From positions 1 to 64,000 of the forward strand of contig CAZALK010000016.1 of assembly GCA_964486045.1 (NCBI GenBank): a DNA stretch of 64,000 bases, written 5' to 3'. Numbering within the stretch: position 1 is the stretch's first letter; every line of letters starts with the position of its first letter. The notes below the pieces were generated by a model that saw only the letters and a program-made list of their open reading frames with translations, had not been told where the DNA came from and did not search any database. The DNA is from an uncultured archaeon. GTDB lineage: Archaea > Asgardarchaeota > Lokiarchaeia > Sigyniarchaeales > SOKP01. The position numbers and the translations under genes were made by a program. Below, piece by piece: positions 59,401 to 64,000 of this stretch.

Positions 59401-61174
59401 TGGAGAATTATTTGACTCAGGATATACAGACGTAAATGGTTTCTACAACATTACTGATTTATTAATTGGCTGGTGGACCGTAAATGTTTCATTACCGGGC
59501 TATGATCTATTATCTCAATTTGATTATATCAATTGGAGAGGAGATGATGATTATCTCACGTTTTACTTAGCTATGAACGTACCTGTATTCTCTGGTACAG
59601 TTGCAATCTTTCGAGATAGACTTCCATGGAATTTAAACATGACAGAACCTGTCTTAGTGAATTATGGTATTCCGTATACTCTCTATAATTCTTCTGATTT
59701 TGGTTCTGTTGATCTTTCATCATTTGATAAAGTTATTATCCCTTCTGATCAAACTCAAACTTTTTACAATAGACTTTCAGGAAATAGTTCATGGTTTGAA
59801 TCCTACGTGTCGAACGGAGGCTTTCTTGATTTACGCCTTACTGATCGAGGTTGGGCTAGTAGTAATTGGGATGGATTAGTTATGCCCGGAGGCTTGAACA
59901 AAACTTGGGTGTATCTCGAAGATGTCTCAATTAATTTGCCTTTACATCCAATATTAAATAATCCATTTTTAGTGGAGGATGTCGAGCTCGATGGATGGCT
60001 TTATTCAGCACATGGATATTTCCATCAATACCCTACCGACGCAAAGAAAATTCTCCTCTATCCTGCTGCTAATGAACCAGTCATGCTTGAATTTATGTAT
60101 GGCTCTGGTTTTATAGTCGCTACAATGCAAACAATAGAGTGGAATGAGAATAAAAATCTTACTCGGATACTTGAAAACATGATTCTTTACAATCCTGGAG
60201 ATGGTTTTGCCTCTATAAATGTCACTTCTCCTATTAACACCGATTCATGGGATATTTCCACAACTCATACAATTACTTGGGATGCCACGGGTACATTCCC
60301 TAATGTAAAGATTGATCTCTATGAGAATGGAGTGTTTGTCATGGAACTTGCGGCATCTACACCAAATGACGGAAGTTATTCATGGGATGTTCCTATAGGA
60401 CTTAGCAATTCTACGTTATATCAAATAAAAGTTTCAGATGTTGACTATCCAGCAACGACTGATTTTAGTGACAATTTCGAGATAGAAGATTTACGTTCTC
60501 TTACTGTCGTCGTGCCTGATAGTACTACAACTTGGGCATTAGGCGATATACAAGACATCACCTGGACCTCGACCGGAAGCATCGCAAACGTAAAAATCGA
60601 GCTTTATGAGAATGGTGGTCTCTTATTGGTACTTGCAGCATCAACTTCTAATGATGGTTCTTTTTCCTGGACTATTCCAATAAGTCTTAGTGAGTCCCTA
60701 TTATATCAAATAAGAGTCTCAGACGCCTTAGATACCGCGATGGAAGATTACAGTGAAAATTTTGAGATTGAAGATACTCGATCTATTACTGTCGTCGTGC
60801 CGGATAGTTCTAGCTCATGGATATTTGAAAACACTTATGATATTAGTTGGACATCTACTGGCCCTATAGCTAATGTTAAGATTGAACTATATGCAAGTTT
60901 AATCTTAGTAATGGTGATTACAGCATCCACATCAAATGATGGGTTATATTCATGGCTTGTACCTAATACGCTAGTAAATTCCACAGAATACATAATAAGA
61001 ATAAGCGACGTCTTATATCCAATAATATATGATGATAGCGATACTTTTACGATAAGTGGTCCTTCAAGTGCAATTCCTGGATATGATTTATTGATTCTAA
61101 GTAGTCTTTTAGTTGGTGTTTCAATATATCTAATCATTAGAAAACGGAAGAAATTAAGCATTCCAGATAGTTAA
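56417..61174 (+). CDS. Cell-surface S1B glutamyl-endopeptidase-like protease with CARDB-like, six Ig-like repeats, three Kre9/KNH-like repeats and IPGY anchor
   Basis: Signal peptide and propeptide; mature VIGADDR; TAGH / HDWA / GMSGGP triad; VHAYG; DEFDETNN; IPGYDLL-TM-RKRKK. Confidence 0.92.
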   Translation: MFKMKKKSIKISALLFFGLLFLSNVYGVIGAIPSESSEETNSSAEELIDTEVPIYDDNTNVVAGLEPIDFTGEEFSEPVNYDRDAIEWRPIEESLRNYEFNSEVAGASIATASYNVATGVETIKDPQFFPSAEVMPDLSFVEPYAGLLAGENGAEAVIGADDRLWRTDNDVYPWRTVVKIYTSAADGTNWIGSGAMIDNYHVLTAGHVAFLPDNGGWASQLEIVPGMDTSDTPPDPYGHAYATLMRSYTGWTVSESSQHDWAVITLDRNVGMYTGWMGRTTAGSSSSIYSGTMNVAGYPGDLFGGNRMYWDADAGDGATSNNHYYWADTAGGMSGGPVWRYVSGSRYIMSVHAYGRGGTDSNFGTRLNNDKYDRIFTWLGADSAPTDKADLVDRGSAYDLITSGTWTASVTTVTLTNGIRNVGTASSGTYNVHYYASTNDYISTFDYYIGTSTSESTGAFGTDSATFTGTLPANIPAGVYYIGWIIDNDDTVDEFDETNNRAVYASQRTILGAPPPSGYIEVTVRDSVTSSLISSAFVSVKDNTDTVIDTGWTDGSGFYNITGLDIGWHTIDVSKVGYYDQQKVDYINWDGDDDYLTFYMVEMPPDSSYIEVIVRDSVTSSLIPSAYVQVTNMSSGLVIDTGYTNGAGFYNATGLFIGWYEISVSKTGYKDQTKQNYINWNGDDDYLWFYLDKMPINSGYIEVRTYNETGGVLSGVLVRAWNNSGATLVSQGFTNINGTYNITGLVIGWYEVNVTYLAYQEQSKSDYINWNGDDDYLSFWMVPNPPDSGYIEVNVYDSASFLPISWATIEVTNQSSGLLIQTGFTDPSGFYKVVNLTIGWYTVEIKKVGYQSQSKQTYINWAGDDDYLTFYMVELPPDSGYIEVTVKDDDTLAPIQNVLVTTYYSNGTYFSSGWTDSLGFYNVTGLYIGWYEVVVTHSNYGGDSIMDYINWNGDDDYLNFYLVIKPPGWIEVSVYDSRSYIPISNALVRCYNTTSGELFDSGYTDVNGFYNITDLLIGWWTVNVSLPGYDLLSQFDYINWRGDDDYLTFYLAMNVPVFSGTVAIFRDRLPWNLNMTEPVLVNYGIPYTLYNSSDFGSVDLSSFDKVIIPSDQTQTFYNRLSGNSSWFESYVSNGGFLDLRLTDRGWASSNWDGLVMPGGLNKTWVYLEDVSINLPLHPILNNPFLVEDVELDGWLYSAHGYFHQYPTDAKKILLYPAANEPVMLEFMYGSGFIVATMQTIEWNENKNLTRILENMILYNPGDGFASINVTSPINTDSWDISTTHTITWDATGTFPNVKIDLYENGVFVMELAASTPNDGSYSWDVPIGLSNSTLYQIKVSDVDYPATTDFSDNFEIEDLRSLTVVVPDSTTTWALGDIQDITWTSTGSIANVKIELYENGGLLLVLAASTSNDGSFSWTIPISLSESLLYQIRVSDALDTAMEDYSENFEIEDTRSITVVVPDSSSSWIFENTYDISWTSTGPIANVKIELYASLILVMVITASTSNDGLYSWLVPNTLVNSTEYIIRISDVLYPIIYDDSDTFTISGPSSAIPGYDLLILSSLLVGVSIYLIIRKRKKLSIPDS
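57965..59575 (+). repeat. Six tandem ~90-aa domain repeats
   Basis: Each starts (S)G(Y/W)IEV or SSYIEV and ends YINWxGDDDYLxF. Confidence 0.92.
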
Positions 61175-61252
61175 TTAACGAAAACTGACGAAAATAGATT
61201 CAATATAAATAGTTTTTTTTTTATTTTTTATTCTTATTTTTCTGAAGCTTTA

Positions 61253-61612
61253 CTATTGATTAAAAAATTTAATTGACGATAGATCTGACCAAACTTGCTT
61301 TAATTCTGGTTTTTTTGGTCTATCTTCTCTTGGTTTTGTTGTAGGAATTTTTAACCTTGGGCTTATTACTGGACCAATATCTTGCATTGCTCGAGGAGGT
61401 CCAACTTTAGCTTCTTTAGTAAAAAAAACGCACAATCCATCATTATCTCTAATCCAACCGTCTTGATAAAAACCCAAATGCTTTCCTTCATAGGTGTAAA
61501 CAGAATCTTCATTGACGTATGCTAGTGGTTCTCCAGTGAATCTAAAGACATGACAATTATCTTCGGTGTAAGCTATAAGACTTCCCGTTTTATTATAAAA
61601 TATGTTTGACAT
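61253..61612 (-). CDS. Four-fold beta-flower-like protein
   Basis: FYNKTG.LIAY, F.FTGEPLAY, Y.YEGKHLGF, GWIRDNDG repeats; Pro-rich tail ending WS. Confidence 0.7.
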   Translation of the reverse strand: MSNIFYNKTGSLIAYTEDNCHVFRFTGEPLAYVNEDSVYTYEGKHLGFYQDGWIRDNDGLCVFFTKEAKVGPPRAMQDIGPVISPRLKIPTTKPREDRPKKPELKQVWSDLSSIKFFNQ

Positions 61613-61778
61613 AAATTTTTCTCAAAAATATATTAATTTGTAAAAAACTTAAGAATTCTTTCTTATATTACATTTGGACTTATTACATTAATAATAATTT
61701 CTTTGTAATTTTCAATTGTAAGAGTTCTCTAGTTCCTTGTTGTTATCACATTGAATATATTCAAAAAGAAAAAAGTAG

Positions 61779-61928
61779 ATAAGAAAATATGAATATCGTG
61801 ATTTATTCACTATAACCGGCGAAACAAGTTCAGGAATTCCTGGATATGACTTATTAATCCTATGCGGTATTTTAATTGGAGTTTCTTTAACAATTATGAG
61901 AAAGGCGGAAGAAAATCCTTGTCCATAA
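61779..61928 (+). pseudogene. Orphan copy of a surface-protein C-terminus (IPGY anchor)
   Basis: DLFTITGETSSGIPGYDLLILCGILIGVSLTIMRK versus DTFTISGPSSAIPGYDLLILSSLLVGVSIYLIIRK in the protease; frameshift in the basic tail. Confidence 0.75.
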
Positions 61929-62135
61929 AAATTAATAATGGGAAATTATAGTGTAAATCGAAATTCAACTAATTTTTTTTTAATTCTTTTTTTGTCGAGA
62001 TCTACTATGAATTTAATTCAAATGAATTGAAATATACTTAGATAATTTTGGTTGAAAAAATGAATTAAATCGAAATATAGTAAAATGCTTTCAAATTAAT
62101 TTATAATATCTATTTTGAGGACACAGAAAAAAATT

Positions 62136-63662
62136 ATGGCAAGAGTTCTAGCTTTTGACATAGGTGCCAGTTCGGGAAGAGCAATAGTAGGGATATTAGA
62201 AAATGGAGTATTAAAGCTTGATGAAATTTACAGGTTCAGAAATGAAGGAGTTCGCGTTAATAATTCACTCTATTGGGATGTCTTAAGAATATTTCAAAAA
62301 ATGAAAAAAAGCTTGTTAATTTATATGAAAAAATATGGACCTATTCTAGATTCTATAGGTGTAGACACATGGGGTGTAGATTTTGTGTTACTTGATGAAA
62401 ATGATGAATTAATTGGACCAATCCACCATTATCGAGATCATAGAACAGATGGAATGCTTGAAGAGCTTTTCAAAGCCATCCCAGAAGAAGAAATTTTCAA
62501 TCAAACTGGAACTATGTTTGCACAAATTAATACTAGTGTTCAACTCTTTTCATTGCTCCACAATAATTCTCCTCGAGTTTCTATTGCAAAAACTTTTCTA
62601 ATGTTACCTGATTATTTTAACTTTTTATTTTCTGGAAAAAAGTATTGTGAATCTTCAGACGTTAGCACTTCGCAGTTATATAATCCTATTAAAAAGAATT
62701 GGGCTTTTGATTTAATTAAGAAGCTTAAACTTGACTCGAATATGTTTCCTGAAATAATTCAGTCAGGAACTGTTTTAGGAACTATCCAAGATCATATTGC
62801 TGATGAAGCGGGGTTGAGTCATGAAACTAAAATCAGTCTTCCCTTAACCCATGACACTGGATCAGCTGTAGCTGCTGTTCCAGTTGATATGGATAAATAT
62901 AATCCTGGAAAATGGGCATATCTCAGCTCAGGCACTTGGGGTTTATTAGGAGTTGAATTGGATAACCCCATAATTAACCAAAAAGTATTGAAATATAATT
63001 TTACTAATGAGGTCGGATTGCATTTTACAACAAGATTCTTGAAGGGCATAACTGGTCTCTGGTTAATCCAGGAATGTAAAAAACAATGGGAAACAAAAGA
63101 TTCCAATTTAACTTGGGATAAAATAGAATTTGAAGCAGAAGGATCTCAGCAATTTCAGAATTTCATAGATATTGATGACAAAATCTTTTTTAATTCCCCA
63201 AATATGATTGATAGTATTCAGAAACGATGTAAAAAGCATAACAAAATCCCACCAAAAACAATCGGACAAATTTCAAGGGCAATTTTTGAAAATCTTGCCT
63301 TCAAATATAAAGAGATTCTTGAACAATTGGAAGAATTGATAGGGAACAAAATTGAAATTCTCCATATCATTGGGGGTGGTAGTCAAAATAAATTATTGAA
63401 TCAATTTACTTCCAATATATTGAATATTCCCGTTTTAGCAGGACCTTCAGAAGCAACAGCAATAGGGAATATTTTAACTCAGGCTTTAGCTTTGGGTGAA
63501 CTTAAAGATATAAAGGATTTAAGACGTATAGTAAGAAAATCTTTTCAGATAATTGAATATACACCAATTGATAATGACAAATGGAGTGATGCTTATAATT
63601 TATATTTATCAAATATGGATGAAGAGGAAAGAGAAAAAAAATGGATGCTCGAGAAAGAGTAA
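62136..63662 (+). CDS. rhaB: Rhamnulokinase (FGGY kinase)
   Basis: AFDIGASSGR, IGVDTWGVDF, YRDHRT, HDTGSA, LSSGTW, FTNE, GGGSQN, EATAIGN. Confidence 0.9.
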   Translation: MARVLAFDIGASSGRAIVGILENGVLKLDEIYRFRNEGVRVNNSLYWDVLRIFQKMKKSLLIYMKKYGPILDSIGVDTWGVDFVLLDENDELIGPIHHYRDHRTDGMLEELFKAIPEEEIFNQTGTMFAQINTSVQLFSLLHNNSPRVSIAKTFLMLPDYFNFLFSGKKYCESSDVSTSQLYNPIKKNWAFDLIKKLKLDSNMFPEIIQSGTVLGTIQDHIADEAGLSHETKISLPLTHDTGSAVAAVPVDMDKYNPGKWAYLSSGTWGLLGVELDNPIINQKVLKYNFTNEVGLHFTTRFLKGITGLWLIQECKKQWETKDSNLTWDKIEFEAEGSQQFQNFIDIDDKIFFNSPNMIDSIQKRCKKHNKIPPKTIGQISRAIFENLAFKYKEILEQLEELIGNKIEILHIIGGGSQNKLLNQFTSNILNIPVLAGPSEATAIGNILTQALALGELKDIKDLRRIVRKSFQIIEYTPIDNDKWSDAYNLYLSNMDEEEREKKWMLEKE

Positions 63663-64000
63663 TAAAAGCAATAAATCATGAAGAACCGGATAAGGTTCCC
63701 TCATATGAAGGTTCTATAGATAATTTAAAGGTTTTAAACCACTATGATGAACAATATGGAATGGATGGACTAGCGACAATCCAAGAAATGATTTTTAAGC
63801 AGGCTTCTGAGAACCTTGATCTCTTAAATAAACAAATGCAGGGTGCATCTTCAAATAAAACTGCTGCTAAGTCTATGGTTGAACCATCAATAAGACTTTA
63901 CAATAAAATTGGTCTTGATTTGGTACCTATAGCTTTATGCATTCACCCTTATAAATTTTTTAGAAATGGGTTTATAAGTGAATTTGGCCATAGATTTGAA
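63641..64000 (+). CDS. Uroporphyrinogen decarboxylase-family protein, partial
   Basis: MDARERVIKAINHEEPDKVPSYE...; runs off the window end. Confidence 0.8.
   Translation, partial: MDARERVIKAINHEEPDKVPSYEGSIDNLKVLNHYDEQYGMDGLATIQEMIFKQASENLDLLNKQMQGASSNKTAAKSMVEPSIRLYNKIGLDLVPIALCIHPYKFFRNGFISEFGHRFE

Noticed and set aside
61030-61928. Diversity-generating retroelement VR/TR pair
   Set aside because: Differences between the two anchor copies are not adenine-specific, include indels, and no reverse transcriptase is in the window
264-63106. Short antisense or overlapping ORFs in the track (e.g. 1421-1654, 11493-11816, 30083-30445, 52365-52784, 60835-61161)
   Set aside because: Shadows of well-supported genes on the other strand or frame, with no motifs

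Overview
AT-rich archaeal chromosomal DNA, almost certainly from a Lokiarchaeia (Asgard) genome. The evidence is three Rab-like small GTPases, roadblock and longin domains, a gelsolin-domain protein, IPGY-TM-basic (Loki-CTERM-type) surface anchors and a Loki-typical 'EFWGHCSNLQ' domain. Metabolic genes include a corrinoid protein/UroD-type methyltransferase pair, a heterodimeric ABC exporter, a two-subunit CoA-transferase, a complete four-gene group 3b [NiFe] hydrogenase, msrA/msrB and other redox genes, a GH123/DUF4091-like surface glycosidase, a 1585-aa anchored glutamyl-endopeptidase-like surface protease and a rhamnulokinase. The most notable signals are: (1) a longin protein carrying the 'ARGF' arginine-finger motif of folliculin/SMCR8 GAPs, paired with a coiled-coil gene and close to a P-loop-dead Rab-like protein; (2) several apparently intact genes whose conserved N-termini can only be made from ATA/ATT (or ATC/ACG) starts; (3) unannotated microproteins, including a zinc ribbon ending in RRKCC; (4) many gene-end scars and orphan surface-anchor fragments. 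I saw no rRNA, tRNA, CRISPR array or intact transposase. All family calls come from motif recognition, not database searches.
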